The position numbers and the translations under genes were made by a program. From the NCBI RefSeq assembly GCF_004010195.1, contig NC_057711.1:76904685-76968684 (forward strand): a DNA stretch of 64,000 nucleotides, in the 5' to 3' direction. A model generated the notes under the pieces. The model was not told the origin of the DNA, did no database searches, and saw nothing but the letters and a program-made list of their open reading frames with translations. Origin of the DNA: Chiloscyllium plagiosum (lineage: Eukaryota). Below are positions 13,346 to 28,299 of the stretch, in pieces (position 1 is the first letter of the stretch; each line of letters opens with the position of its first letter).

Positions 13346-16329
13346 AAAGTTCTTAGATATACATTGGGATGGTAACACCTTTCTTTAAAACCATTTTTAA
13401 TACATATTTTACCACTTTAATCATCTTATCCATTTAACTGTAAACCTTACTAAGATATCTAGATTTTTTGATCAGCACGACAGCTTGGTAATTGGAACTA
13501 CCAAGTCCTGGGCAATAATGACTCTTGTCTGCAGCTTGTTGAGGTCCCTACTGTTGCAGGTGTTGAGGTGCAGGGAGTGGAACTCATGTCAGCCTTTTTT
13601 GTTATCCCAGGCCATACTGCATTCAGCATCAGGCTCTCAGTGGTCAGGCACTTAATAGCAATGGCCTACGGTCATTAGGGAGGGAGGTCCAGACATTTGA
13701 TTCAATAACAATGAAACAACAATGATATAGTTTCAGGTCAGGATGGTATGTGGCTTGGAGGAAACTTGTAGGCTTTGGGCTCCCATTCTTCTGTTGCTCC
13801 ATGGGCTTCTAGGCAGGTTTAGTTTGTGAGTTTGGAAAGTGCTGACTTAGGAGCCTTTGTGAATTGGTAGTTTTCAATGTATCATTATATGTTTTTAAAA
13901 GAATTTCACTTCACTTTTATTTCTCTCAATGTTGCCACAGTTACATTATTACTTATGGCGCTAACCACTACTTATCATTCCCCTCCTCCTGATCCTCTGT
14001 CAGAGCTATCCTTGGTTTTGTTTTTCCAGAGTTGGTGTGCCAGAGATGGCACAAAGTCACTCTGATACAGTGGGAATAGAGGTTACCCTGGCAGAACTGG
14101 CATACTGGTGTCAGAGAATGATAAAAATGAAGAATGACATGTCATTTGAATATAAAGGGCTGAGGAAACCTGCTGGAAAGAAAAAAGTCTGTTTATTTTT
14201 GTTTATATCATAACCCGAAAGATTATTTGATGCCTGTATGACTGAAAAACTCTCAAATTTTACAGGCTGTTGTCACCTTCAAACACTTGACTCCTTGAGC
14301 ACAATCATCTGTGATCATGATTTGTTTAGATTATACCATTTGACATTGACTGATGTCTGCTACAGTGTTGAACATTTTAGAGTATGATAGAATGCTCAAT
14401 TTTTCTGATAGGACTTTTTCAGAAAATGGTATGACTAGCCATCACCTACATTACAATTAAAATTTTCTAAGTAATTATCCTTCTGAAACAGGCTCTAAAA
14501 TAAATTTTATGGCTCCCCTTCACCCTGCCTCAATCAATAGTAGTTGCTATTTTCTGAATGAATACCTATATCCTCCTCACTGTCCCGTAGATTGGGAAAT
14601 AATGGTGCTGTTAATCTGGTAGCAGGGCAACTTCTCCAGGCACGAAAATGTAAAATGGTTTTCCTTTTTGAACAGAAGTTACATTTGACTTAAAGCATAA
14701 AGTTTGTTGCTCTCTCCAAATCCCCATCACCTTCTGATTATATTTCAGATTTCCAACATCTGTAGTAATTTGCTTTTATTTAAATGGAGAACCATTTGTT
14801 TACCCTCTTTAAACAAAAGAACTTTTCTGAAATGTTAGAATTATCATTTTATTGGTTTACTATACAGCACAGAAGGGGATTATTCTGTCTGTCTTGCCTA
14901 TATTGGCTCCATGAAAGGGCCAGTTAATTTGTCCAATTCCAATACAGTAGAATAAGGCATAAAATTAAAATAGAACAGTTAACTGGTAATACCTGAATGT
15001 ATTTCTGCCCACAAAGAGCAGAATTCTGTAATGCCCTGTACTAAAAAGCTGTTAAGAACAGAGATTTATACATTTTTGTCATACAGAGTTATTAAGGGTT
15101 AAATATCAATTGTTATCTAATTAAATGGTGGAACAGTTTCAAAGACAGAATTCTATTCCTGCATTATTACATTTCTGGATAAGAGACTGAAAAGACAGAG
15201 CAGGACACTAACCTATACAGTAATACTGCCAAAAGGAAATATGACAGCAAAAGGAACAAACTGAAATATTTCCAAAATTTGAATAGATGAAAATGGCTAG
15301 TATATCATTTTAATAGGAGATAAACTTGTAGTGATTGAAGTCATGGTAGACTATAAAATACACCCATGATGGTAACTTGTTTAATTAACAGTTACTGCAC
15401 TGAGATTACTCCAGTTGAGAGAAGTGTTCATAGAACACAAAACTCAGAGCTGAAAGTGATGCAGCACAATCACGTGTATAATCCCACTGACAGCAATTTT
15501 TATCAGTTTTTCTATGCCTTCTTGCTTCTGTTTATTGTGTCAATGATTTAAAACTGTCCTTTCAAACAACTAATCAACTTTAGAAACCAGATTGCAGCCA
15601 CCATAATCCTTGCAACATACTCTAATTGGACATGCAGTAAAGTATGAAGGACATTATAGACAGAGAAATTGGAACACTGGATCATACTTACTGCATACCA
15701 AGTCTGTTAATGTTCCAAATCATCAGGACTAATATTTTAATTTTTGTTATAGAAGCAGCAATGTGATATTTTTCATGTGAACATTGCCTCACTTAACTTT
15801 TTAGTCCACTTTCTTGTCTCTACCTATGCATCCAGTCCAATAGAAATAAATTTTCAGGATATTCCGTGTTTTAAATTCTAGGCTAGTTTGCTGACACTTT
15901 TAAAGAGCTTATCTGGATCCACAAAGCAGTCTCTACAATCAGCTTACTCTCTTAAGACTTTCTCAGACATGTTGACAAATGCAAATGAATTTAAAATAAA
16001 GATACTGCACTGTCAAAGCAAGAAATTGGAAATTTTCCATGACTTTGATCTTAATGTATTATAACTAGCAAAACAAAATAGGGTATGTGGCTGAAACAGC
16101 TAAAAATATCAAGTTAGGTGTGCAAAGTTGACAGCTAGGAAAGTCAGAACCAGGTTGCAATGAAGACAATTTTAAATTTCTGGACAAAAATGTCATTATG
16201 TGATAAATCTATTTTCCATGAAACCTTAATGAGAATATTTGTTGATCAATAAGCCAAGTAGATCTTCATTATCATAACATGAAAAAGATCAACAAATACT
16301 GTAAAGACAGTACAGAATTGCTCCATTTT

Positions 16330-17795
16330 GCAGGGGCCTCAACAATTTTTCCTTCAAATCCTCCCACTTACTCCAGACCAAAGGGGCTGCCATGGGCACT
16401 TGCATGGGCTCCAGCTATGCCTGCTGCTTTGTTGGGTACACGGAACAGTCCATCTTCTGCAGCTACATCAACTCCTTTTCCTCCATTATATCACTGACTG
16501 TATTCATGCTCCCTACGAGGAGGTTGGACAGTTGAGCAAAATAACAAACACTTTTCACCCTGACCACAAGTTCACCTGGACCATCTGGGACACCCCCCTC
16601 CCCTTTCTGGACCTCTCCATCTCCATTTCCATTTCCAGCGACCAACTCAACATGGACATCTACTACAAACCCACAGACTCTCATAGTTACCTGGACTACA
16701 CCTCATACCACCTTTCCTCCTGTAAAAGTGCTATCCCCTAATCCCAGTTCCTCCACCTCTGCCGTATCTGCTTCCAGGAGGACCAATTCCACCACAGAAC
16801 ATCCCAGGTGGCCTCCTTCTTCAAGGATTGCAATTTCCCCTCCCATGTGGTCAACGATGCCCTCCAGCACATCTCATCCACTTCCTGCACCACGGCCCTT
16901 GAAACCCACGTTGAAATCCCAGCGCAACAAGGACAGAACTCCCTTGGTCGTCACCTTCCACTCCACCAACCTCCATATACATCGCATCATCCTCCAACAT
17001 TTCCCCCACATATAAACAGACCCCATCACCAGGGATATATTTTGCTCCCCACCTCTATCTGCGTTCTGCCGAGGCCATTCCTTCAGCAACTCCCTTGTTA
17101 GGGGTCCATTCCCCGACCAACTCACCATCCACTCCTGGCACCTTCCTTTGCCACCTTAAGAGGTGCAAAACCTGTGCCCACAACCACCACCGCGTTTCCC
17201 CCCCCCCCCCCCCCCAAACACAACCATCCAAGGGCCCAAATGATCCTTCCACAGCCAACAGAGATTTACCTGTACCTCCACACACATCACCTACAGTGCC
17301 CACTGCTCTCAACGTGGTCTACTCTACATTGGGCAGACAGGATGCCAATTTGCGAAACGCTTCAGAGAACGTCCCTGGGACACATGCACTAACCAACCCC
17401 ATTACCTTGTGGCCGAACACTTCAACTCCCCCTCTCACTCTGCCAAGGACATGCAAGTCCTGCGCCTCCTCCACCACCAAGCACTGCCCTCTTGAAATAT
17501 CCTACTTGCTCATTGCCCTTCCCACCTATTCGCTCTCCTTCCACTCTGACCTATCACCAATCACACCCCCACCTTCATCTACCTATCGCATTCCCAGATA
17601 CTTTTCCCCAGCCCTATCCCCTCCCATTTATCTCTCAGCCCCCTTGCCCTTCCACCCCCACCCCATTCCTGATGAAGAGCTAATGCTCAAAATGTCAACT
17701 TTCCTGCTCCTTGGATGCTGTCTGACTAGCTGTACTTTTCCAGCACCATACTTGTTGACTCTGATCTCCAACATCTGCAGTCCTCACTTTCTCCA
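16330..17795 (+). mobile_element. Penelope-like element (family A), 5'-truncated: RT C-terminal part plus GIY-YIG remnant
   Basis: LPFLDLSI...DIYYKPTDSHSYLDY; MASFFKDCNFP; CKTCAH; terminal repeat with a degenerate hammerhead ctgatgaagagctaatgctcaaaatgtc. Confidence 0.85.
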
Positions 17796-17819
17796 TTGCT
17801 AAGCTATTGTTATCACCGT

Positions 17820-18400
17820 ATCACTCAATTTCATACTTTCTCAGCTCTTTTGCAGTTGAAACTTTCCATACCTTTGTTACCTCCAACTTGAATATTGCAG
17901 TGTACATCTGGTTGGTCTCCAATATTCTCTCCTGTCTAAACTTGAAGTCATCCAAAACTCTGCTAACTGTGTCTTAACTTGTACTAAGTTTCATTCTCCT
18001 GTCATCTCTGTGTGTAGTTTGACAGTGACTCCCTGTCAACAGCATCTTGATTTTAAAATTCTCAGTTTTATTTTCCAAATCCATCCAATGGCCTTTTTTT
18101 ATAATCTCCTCCGACTTTATCCTTGGAGAACTAATTTCTTGAGTAACCTTAGTTTCAGTTACAGCATCTCAACTACTAATGAATGTGCCTTCATTTGCCA
18201 TAGTCACAAGCTCCAGAATACTCTTATTGCACCTCTCCACTTCTCTACCTTTAAGACTACCCTTAAAATCTGTCTCTTTGATCAAACTTTTAGGGGCTTA
18301 ACCTATTATGTCATTAGGTGACTCCATGACAAATTTGTTCTATGATGCTTCGGTCAAGTTCCTTAAAACAACTTATTACTTTTAATGTGTAAGATGCAAT
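17820..18400 (+). mobile_element. L2-clade LINE 3' fragment, old
   Basis: cttgaagtcatccaaaactctgc...gattttaaaattctc...tttaagactacccttaaaatc, resembling an L2 RT C-terminus. Confidence 0.55.
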
Positions 18401-18829
18401 GTAACAATTAGTTTAGAATAACATCCCTTTCCAAGCAAGATGGAAAAGAACAATGAAATGAGTGTACCATCACCTCCACACTCTTTGCTAAGTCAAATAT
18501 CATTCTGAACTGAACATGTATCACTATTTCTTTTTTTGTCATTCAATCTATATTCTGCAAATCATTGCCTAACATCATTTTGAGAATGTCACCCAAGGAT
18601 TACTTAGGTTCAAGGACTAAACTGACTAAAAACATCTTAATACAACAAGAGATGGGAGCAACCTTGTTTGTCTCACCTACATCCTGAGAAATAAAATAAA
18701 TAAAGCCATTGTACTGGTACCATGAAAAGTCCAAACAAGCAGTAGAAACAAGGTATACTTATGTTCAGGCAGAAAACTATGGAAATGTAACCCCTTCCAA
18801 TCCACAATTCAAAAGTCTTAATAGACAAA

Positions 18830-20710
18830 AATAAAAAAGGGGTGAGGCACTACATTATATTATGTATAGTATACAGCACAGTGGGTAGTACTGATATAGA
18901 TATAACAGGTTATAATGTGAAATTAGTTTGGGTCAAAATAAGGAATGGCAAAGCTAAGACGTCATTGGTGCAAATCGTCTACAAGCCCCCAAACACTTGT
19001 CTCACTGTTGGACAAAATATAAATCATCAAATAATGAAGATGCATGAGAAGGGCACTACAATTATTATAGCTTTTAAAGTAAGTGGCTGCAGACATAGTG
19101 AAGGCATTAGTCAAAACATTCCAGAACTCAGATTGGAGAATAGCTAATGTGATGCCCTTGTTTAAGGAGGGAGGAGCACTGAAAACAGGTAATGATAGAC
19201 CAGTTAGACTAGTATCTGTGACTGGAAACATGCTAGAATCTATAATTAAGGAATAAAATAGCAGCACATTCAGCAAAGCTTAATGCAATCAAACAGAGTC
19301 AAAGTAGCTTTGGGAAAGGGAAATTACACTTGACAAACTTGCTAGAGTTATTTGAGGGTACAACAAGCAGAATTGATAAAGGTAACCGGAGGTGTAATAT
19401 ATTTGGAGTTTCAGAAGGCATTTGACAAAATGACACATAAAGGGTTATTGCACAAGATAGCAACTCACAGTATTGGGGATAACAGCAGAGGATTCAGAAA
19501 TACATTATATGACAAAGCAGAATCAGCATTGTATCAAGAAGTAGAAATCATACCTGATGAAGTTGCTAAAGTTCCTTGAAATAGTTACAAGCAGGATAGA
19601 TAATGGGAAAGCAATAGATGTATTTTCAGAAAGGGTTTGATAAAGTTATTTAATAAGGAAAGAGCCATGGTAGTGAAGGTAGTATCAGCGCGGATAGAGG
19701 ATTGGTTAACTAATAAAAGATACAAAGTTAAGATGAGGGGCTCATTTAAGTACAGTAACTTGTGACTGGTGGAGTGCCACAGGATCAATGATAGGACCAC
19801 AAGTACTTAGACTATATATTAATGAGTGGGATGAGGGAAGTGAATGTATTATGCACATATTTGCAGATGACACAAAAATATTGGTAAGGCAAGGTGCTGA
19901 CAAAGAGTCTGCAGAGGAATATAGACAGTTTAAGTAAGTGAGCAAAAGCTTGGCAGATGGAACATAATGGAGAAAATGTGAGCTTATGTACTTTGGCAGG
20001 AAGAACAGAAGAATTGAATTTCATTTAGATGGCGAATGACTGCAAGATGTTATAGAACAGAAAGATTTGCAAGTCCTTTTCTATGAATAACAAGAAACTA
20101 GCATCCAAGTTCACCAGATAACAGGAAAGACAAAAGGAATGTTGGCCTTTACTTCAAAGGAACTGGAAAATTAAAGTAGGGAAGTTTTGCTAAAACTACA
20201 TAAGGCACTAGTTAGACCACAGCTGGAATACTATGCATGGGTTTGGACCCCTTGTCTAAGGAAGGATGTACCAGAAATGGAGGGACTGTCTTGAGTGGAG
20301 AGATTGAACAGGTTGGGCCTGTAGTCATTGGAATTTAGAAGAATGAGATACAGCCTTATTGAAACATACAAGATTTTTCAAGGACTTGACAGGATAGATG
20401 CAGAAATTTTGCTTCTTCTTGTGGGAGAGTAAAGGACAGTCATAATCTCAGAATAAGGAGTCACATATTTATGGTAGAAAGGAGGAGGAATCCCTTTTCT
20501 CTGAGGGTAGTGAATCCATGGAGTTCTTTACCGCAGAATACGGATAAGACTAGTCATTTAGTATATTCAAGACCGAAGTGGAAAGATTTTTAATCTGTAA
20601 GAGAAACGGTAGACAAGTGGAGTTGAGGATTATCTGAGTAACCATGGTCTCATTGAATGGTGGAGCAAGCTTCATGGGCTGAGTAGCCTGGTTCTGTTTC
20701 TATGTTTTAT
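18830..20710 (+). mobile_element. Old CR1 LINE fragments (EN/RT/3' tail)
   Basis: VWVKIRNGK...VYKPPN; YLEFQKAFDK; tttgcagatgacacaaaa; 3' tail gggctgagtagcctggttctgtttctatgttttatgg. Confidence 0.8.
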
Positions 20711-20749
20711 GGGGTAATTTATTAGAATAGATTAAGGACTAGTTAACAC

Positions 20750-21450
20750 ACAAAATACAGAATGTGGATTAATGGGCCTTTTACAGGTTTAAAACACACA
20801 AACAGTGGAGTGCCAGAAGGATCAGTCCGAGGTCTCAATTGATTTGAAGGAAGGGGGCAAAGTGTAATGCATCCAAATTTGCCAATGATACAAAAATATT
20901 TAGAGGCATTTTGTGATAAGAACACAAGGAATCTGCAAGGATACACAGACAGGTTGAGTGAGGGGCAAAACTGTAGCAGATGGAGTTTAATGTAAGAAAG
21001 GGAGAAGTGATATACTTTGGTCAGAAGATTCAAAAATGGCCAGACAGTTAGTAAAATAGAGACTCCAAACTGATGCAAAACAGAGGGATTCGGTTGTTCT
21101 TGTGTATAAAGTGCAAAAAGTAAGCATGCAGGTGAAGTGAGTAATGACAAAGGTAAATGGAAGTTTGGCTTTTATTGCTAGAGGGTCAGTGTTTAAAATA
21201 GGGATGTCTTATTAAAATTGTACATGGAGTTGATGAGGCAGCATCACAAGTACTGTGCACAATTTTGGTCCGTGTATTTAAAGGGATTGACTTATCAAGG
21301 ATGGCTAAACAAGTTAGGCTTTTATTCATTATAATTTAGAAAAACAAGGAGTGATCTTCTTGAAACAATACAAGTTTCTGAAGAGTCTTGAGAGGGTAGA
21401 TAGTCAGATGATGTTTACACTTGTTGAGCAATCTTGAACTACAGAAAAAG
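20750..21450 (+). mobile_element. Old CR1 RT fragment
   Basis: agtggagtgccagaaggatcag...aaatttgccaatgatacaaaa, a degenerate GVPQGS / KFADDTK region. Confidence 0.7.
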
Positions 21451-22167
21451 TTAAGTTCGTAACTATTTCATCTGGCCATCATTTAGTAACAATATTACAA
21501 ACATAGGTTTTAGAGATGACACCTAAACTAAAATAGTAATATCCTTATCTAGGTCACAACATATTGCCAGACTTGTTGAGTTTCTCCTGTGTCTTCGGTT
21601 TTTGGAAGCAATGTACCTTCTATTACTCCTAAATTAGACTTCTGCCTTGTCTGTAGTTGAAAATTAATCTCCTGGATAAAGTTGCTTGAACCTATTTTAT
21701 CACACTGTGGCAGAGACCCATGCAGAGAGTGTGTGGTAATTCATGGCATAATTCCAATACCAGGAAGCAGTATATCTATTCTTGGTGCAAATCACACATG
21801 TACCTCTGCAATTTATAACATATACAGGTGAAAGACATTTTCACTTCCACTAACTGACTAAGCAAAGCCAAAGGAGACTCATTAGTGTTTACAATGTCTT
21901 GGGATATATTGCCCTGGTCTAAAATAGATGAGTGGAAAGCTAAAGTACTGTAGAACAAGAAGTGAACAACAAAATGTTGACATATTTTGAAAGCAAAACA
22001 GAAGGTCAACTTGCTGCTCTACATTAATGGAACTTTTAAAAAAAATTCACTTCACAAGAAATGACAATGGAGTCAAGTCAAGTAAACAATACAATATAAA
22101 ATCACAGATCTAAGTTCTATGTTTTATTTTACATCATAAACACAAATGATTTGATGAACTGACTTAC

Positions 22168-22344
22168 CCCCATGAGAGACAACTCTTCGGTAAGGTTCAA
22201 TAGCCTTCATGTCAATCCTATGTTCTTGTTCCCCAATGACAACAGTTCTCCATAACCGATTATCTGTGCGTTCTTCTTCAGCAGTATATTCTGGTATAGG
22301 TTCTACCACTTCTTTTCCAATATGAGTGGCACTGGGTGTTTCAT
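22168..22344 (-). CDS. PRUNE2: PRUNE2 internal coding exon (177 nt, phase 1 to 1): (D)ETPSATHIGKEVVEPIPEYTAEEERTDNRLWRTVVIGEQEHRIDMKAIEPYRRVVSHG(G)
   Basis: Acceptor tttctttgttttag and donor gtaagt. IPEYTAEEER-DNRLWRTVVIGEQ is PRUNE2-type (BNIP2 has GRRWRMFRIG, ATCAY has GRLWRTVIIG). Lies within ORF 22124..22402. Confidence 0.95.
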
Positions 22345-24799
22345 CTAAAACAAAGAAACATTTAATAAATATTTCCACATTAAGAAAAGTAACCAATAAC
22401 ATTTAGTTGAAAACCTATATAACATGCTTCAACACAAGCAACATTGTGTAATGGAATATGCTTTAGATCTTAAAAATTGAAGATAAGGACAGGTCAGGCA
22501 AGATCTTTCAAGTGAGAAAAAATATAATGTCAAAAACAGTAGAGGGAGAGATAGGACGTAGCAGGGAAGAAAAGAACAAAAGAGAAGGTTTGCAACAGTG
22601 TGGAAAGCAGTGGAAATTAAATGACAAAAGGTCGTCATTCACCAGGATGTTTCAGCATAACATCAGTATTAAATACAATCAAGTTACACTATTTTAAGGA
22701 GTTTGTTCATGTTAAGTGCATGCTGAAAAATGACTAAAAAATGGCTGCGTTATAAAACAGTTGTTGTTTCAATAGATCTACAGAATTGTACTTCTCGTCC
22801 TATTTAGCAGTGTGTGTATATTGGCCTTCCCATCTGTCAAACATGTAATGTGGCAAATAATTTCTCTTTTCTGGTCACTGATTCCTCACTTCATTCTTGA
22901 TAGAAGCAGCTGTCACCGTGAATATTTCAAAACAAAATACAGTTTAGCATTTTACATTTGGCATCTTCTTCCCATTTTTCTCCTCTCAATTCTTGCTATT
23001 GACAAAAAAGGCACAACTAGTCCTCTTTTACTTCACCAACTCTTAACCCTTAATCATTGATTTTCCATCAAAGAAAACAGATATAAACATGTCCTTGACT
23101 CACCCATGCAGTGATAATTTGACTGATAAAAATAGACAGCGTGGGCCGAAAATGAAATCTGTTTTGGACTAACCAGCAGTACCATGCAAATTGAATCTTA
23201 CCATTATGTTCAGCAAAGTTTGTCACATGTAGGTGAGCTAGTTAACGTTTATCCTTCCAATGTATATTTTATGTTGTGCTATTATTTACTATCATTTCTC
23301 AGGTGTATATAACTTGGACCCACACAGGACTGACCTCAAATATTGTCTTCCTTAAATGACAGTGTATGTGTAATTTGTACATATTTTAAAATCATTTAGT
23401 TCAGAATTGGGATTTTGAACTAACACTGTCCATGTTTAGTCAATGAATATGAAGTGGTTTAATAATTATCTTGCACATATTTCTGCAGCCATGGTGATTT
23501 ATTTTAGAAAGGTTGCATGAGAGCAAGTTTTTTTTTAAAGAGAGTAACAGGTTTTATTTTGCTTAGGAAAGTGTTACAAATTAATAAAATAAACAAGCTT
23601 CAGTTAGAAGGCTCAGGATTTTTTTTCTGATTTTGGAGAAACAGCCACAACTCAAAGAATACTTTTTAGTTTCAGTTTTGCAGAGGTTTTACCTGAAGAT
23701 GCTCCTCAAGAAAACAGACAGTTTAGAACTGGTAAGAATACATTACATCAGTGATACAAATTTAGCTTTCAAGTTCCAAATCACAAATGTTTGGTTACAA
23801 CCGTGGAGGCGTTAGTTGAAGCTGAGAAAGCTTAAACTCGATTGTATGAAGATTTAAGGAAGAGGTGATCAAATTGTTACAATCCGGTAATTAAATCCAA
23901 GCTAAGTCAAACCCTAAGTGTGATACAAAAAGGATTTCTCTCTGGTATTTGAGCACTGTAAAGGGATGTTGTTTGAGGTTAACAAGATTTTTTTTTAACA
24001 TGTTTTGAAATCTTTTAACTTGTGTTATATGTAAATGTCTTGGTTTATTCTACTATATCTTCAGTTCTTCTGTGCAATAAACTCTACTAACAAAACCTGC
24101 AGCATTTGGTGCTTGCATTTCAGTGAAAGACCAAAATAAAAATACAAGATGAGATCTATCAAGCCAAATTTCAGTCTGGGATCTGATCTTTCCAGTGATG
24201 ACATAATTTGGAATCACAACAACACCATTCTAATTCTTTATCAAATCATGAAGACCAAGATAGTCTACATTTTTAATGATGAAAGACAAATTTGGGTTGT
24301 TAGAAGCAAGAGACAGTTCTGCTGCACTACTACTTTGCCGCAGCAATAAACAAAGCAATTAGCAGTTATGACTATCATTATACAGAAATAAGAGCAGATT
24401 CAATGCAGAAGTAACAATGGAGACAAGACCTATAATTTTAGAGACATAACATAAACAAGTTTCTTGGAGGCAGATAGCACGAGGGCAAATTACAAATGCC
24501 TGAAGCTAGAGCAAATTGACATGTAAAGCATTATCAAAGATGACAGTCTTCATTACTATTTAGTTTCAACTGTAGTTTTGCTAATTTACAAAAGCAATCT
24601 TAAAAAGAAGTTTGCAGAACATTTCATGATGACTTCCTTGGATAATATTTATTGGAAGTAACTAACGATAATTTAAGTTATTTTGCAATACTGTATTTAT
24701 TGAGCACTAAGGCAATTAGTCAGCTCATAGTAAAGAATGTGTGTGGTAAATATGATTATAAGACATTGAGTAGCAGCAATATGGACCATCAACAAGATG

Positions 24800-25100
24800 C
24801 AAAGAGCCATTCATCACAGTTCCTTCAACAGCACCTTCCAAAACAACAACCTCTACTATCTCGAAGGACAAGGGCAGAAGACACATGGGACCACAACCAT
24901 CTGCAACTTCCCCTCCACGGAACCCAACATTCTACTTGGATCTACACTGCTGTTCCTTCATTAATGTTGGATCAAAATCCTCAAACTCCCTTCCGAACAA
25001 CATTGCAAGTGCACCTGCATCACATGGACTGCAATGGTTCAAGATGACAGCTCACCAGTACTTTCTCCAGGGCGACTGGGATGTGAACAAATGCTGGCCT
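24800..25100 (+). mobile_element. LINE 3'-end fragment (same family as 40510-40830 and 63150-63730)
   Basis: cagcaccttccaaaac...ctgttccttcatt...tcaaaatcc...cagctcaccag...aaatgctggcc is repeated at three loci in the window. Confidence 0.65.
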
Positions 25101-25734
25101 AGGAAGGTCATTTTTAAAATGTCCACAGAAAGCAGCACACTCATCTACACTGATTTGACTAGCTGTATTCTTTGGTCTTTCTGAGAGCCCTCTCCTCTGT
25201 TCAAAAACATGAAACATCTATTGTTATGGCTCTGGTGAAAATGGACCATCAATATTCAACTTTCATCATTTGTTTTCAATATCCAAGACTTTTACAGACC
25301 AAAACAGTTTTAAAAAAAAAGACATGCTGACTTAAAATGACTGCTGCAAACATCTCACAAGCCCAAGAACCCACATGGAATTGACAAAAACTGCCTGCCT
25401 TGGAATTACCACTTTTAATCTAGAGGCACTGGAACTCAGTGAAGTTTCAGAAAAAAAGATTTTTTTTTTGTTTTATTTGCACTTGCATTATAGTTTTTCA
25501 TCTTCAATATGTGAAGTTATCTGCACTGTTTAGTTTGGAAAAGACATTGAGCAGGTCAGGAAATATACTAACAAACCATAATTCAAATTGTTTGGAGCAA
25601 CAGAGAGATTGAAAACAATCAACATGTACTGAATATAGCAAGAATACAGAAAGTTCCTCTCTCCCTCACTCTCGATCATAGTAAACAGTACTGGTGAAAT
25701 AAAAACAACTTGGAAAAACCTCTGATGTTAGGAC

Positions 25735-26202
25735 ATCATCGAACCACAGAGTCCCTACAGTATGGAAGCAGAGCTATCAGGCCATTGAGTCCACAGTGAC
25801 CTTCTGATAACATGCGATCAATTGAAAAAGAACAGTAAAGAATGTGAAGGTCAGGAACAGAACTAAAACTTTCTTGTGGCAAAATAACATGGAGGTTCTT
25901 GGTAGAAGACAGGCAAATATTGCATATAACCTTCTGAAGACCATCCCATCCAGACCTAGCCCCTACTCTCCAACCTGCATTTCCCATGGCTATTCACCTA
26001 TCTGCACATCCCTGGCCATTATGGGCAATTTAGCATGGCTAATCCACCTGACCTGCACAGCTTTGGACAGTGGGAGGAAACCCACGCGGACACGGGAACT
26101 ATGTGCAAACTCCACACAGACAGTCGTCTGAGGGTGAAATTAAACCTGGCTCCCTGACCCTATGAGGAATCAGTGCTAACCACTGAGCCACCATGCCACC
26201 CC
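25735..26202 (-). mobile_element. HE1 (V-SINE) element with a roughly 130-bp internal insertion
   Basis: The reverse complement begins gggtggcatggtggctcagtggttagcactg (A box), followed by tgtgtggagtttgcacat and ccatgctaaattgccc. Confidence 0.85.
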
Positions 26203-26859
26203 ATATCATAAGTACCTGCAAGCTTTGCCACTCCTAGGAAGGAGTGCAGCTAAATAGTTGGGATTGAGGTTTCACTCTTGCAACTCAATGACTTATGGAA
26301 AAATTGTAAACCCCAACAGTCTTTCCCTTCCTGTCTATATTAAATAACCAGTCTACCGCAACTTCTTTGAGAGTTTATTACCTATGGTTTGTTGTCACAT
26401 TTTATTTTTTTCAGGTAATTAAATAACAATCGCTTTCACTCAGGAATTGGCTCTCATTGATTTTTGATCGAGTTAGCCCAAATCAATAAATTCTAATGTG
26501 TTAAAAAGGGTTAGAATAAAAGGATTTGCTGCATCTGATCAAGAGGGAGTTGAAAATAAAGACAGGAACCCATGACCCCTCCTCACTTGGTTGTAACAAC
26601 AGTTAGCCGACCTGTTTTTGCTTTGTTTTAGTTGTGAACATTTTATGCCTTGCCTTTGGTAACTAGTACCCTGGACCTTGCAGTCCCACAGTAACCAAGC
26701 CGCCCAGGTTCTGCTCAGATATACAGTATATGTCGGTATTTACAACACCATTTTACCTTGAATTGAGTGCAGTCGTAAACAATAATCATCGAATAAAACC
26801 CATTGTTAATAACAGGAATAACAGATAAAACAGGGAACTGCAGGCCTGATAGCTGAACA

Positions 26860-28105
26860 TCGGTTATGATGAAAATTCGGGAATCTTTTGTTCAGGAAGT
26901 CTTAAATGCATTAGAAAAACTATCAGATAAAGTTAACAGAGTTTAAGAAACTATTTGACAATCTTAGATATTTTTGGGAATGTTGCTGCACATGTAGACA
27001 GATATATTTGAATTTCTAAAAGGCATAAAGAACTACACAAGTTTAATACATCAGGGTTTATGGAGTTGGGGTAATATGCTAGCATAGATGGAGGACTGGT
27101 TAACAGACAAATAGTATAGTAGTGATAAAGTAGCATTTTCAAGATGGCAGGCTATAACTAGAGAAGTGCTACAACAATCATTGCTGGAGATTAAGCTATT
27201 TACAACTGATATTCAAGAACTGGGATATGGAGACAGAGTAATGTAGCTAAGTTTGCTGACAATACAAAATGGATGCGTCCTCTAAATGTTCATTCAAAAA
27301 GTTGCTACAAAGGGATACATATAAATTAAATGTGTTAAATGGACAAAAATGTGGCAAAGTGTGAGGCTATCCACCTTAGTCACAAGAAAAGAAAAACAGA
27401 ATATTATTTAAAGATGCAAAACTTTTAAATATTTACGTGCAGAGAGATTTTGTACTCAGTCAGAACACAAAATTAGCATGCTTGTACAGCAAGAAAATTA
27501 GGAAGGCAAATGGTATGTTGGACCTGATTGTAAGGGATTGGAGTACAAAAATAAAGAACTTTTGTAACACTTTGATAAGAGTTTGTTGAGGCCACATCTG
27601 GAATAGTTTGTGCAGTTTTGATCTCACAGCGAAGGGAAGATATTGGAATTGGCAATTATGAAGGCTTATTAAATTGGTTCCAGGGATGAGAAAGTTGACA
27701 TATGATGAGAAGCTGAGTAAAATGGGTCTATATTCAAATGAGTTTAGAATAATGAAATGTAATCTCATTGAAAGGTATAAGGTTTTAGTGAGGCTTGACA
27801 AGACAGAGAGGTTGCTTCTCTTGCTTGGGAATGCAGAACATAGGGCACAGCCCTATGGAGTCACTCATGCAGGGATTCATAAGAATTTCTTTGAGACAGA
27901 CTGCAAATCATGGGAATTGTCTACCCTGGATGGTTTTGGATTTTCCATCATGGGCTATAACTAAGACTTGAGATTGATAGATAAATAATCTCAGAGAATT
28001 ATGGGATATGGAGGAAACTGGACTTGAAGTAGATTAACCATGATTGCACTGGATCTTGAAACAGGATCAACAGGATTGAATATTTACTCCTGCTCCTGTT
28101 TCTAG
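26860..28105 (+). mobile_element. Old CR1 RT/3' fragment
   Basis: aagtttgctgacaatacaaaa; MVPGMRKLTYDEKLSKMGLYS...NLIERYKVL. Confidence 0.75.
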
Positions 28106-28299
28106 GTTGCAATGTTACCTAAGGCGGAGTAGAAAGATTCACACCTCCCATTGACAAATATTTCAGAGCTGATTAGTGATTACCTGACAGTACTACAGAC
28201 CGATCTGATTTAGACATCAGATTATTCAGGTTGAGACAGATGGGCTCATTTTTCACCACTAGATGGAACTAACTCTAAAAAGAATCAGGTTTATGTATT

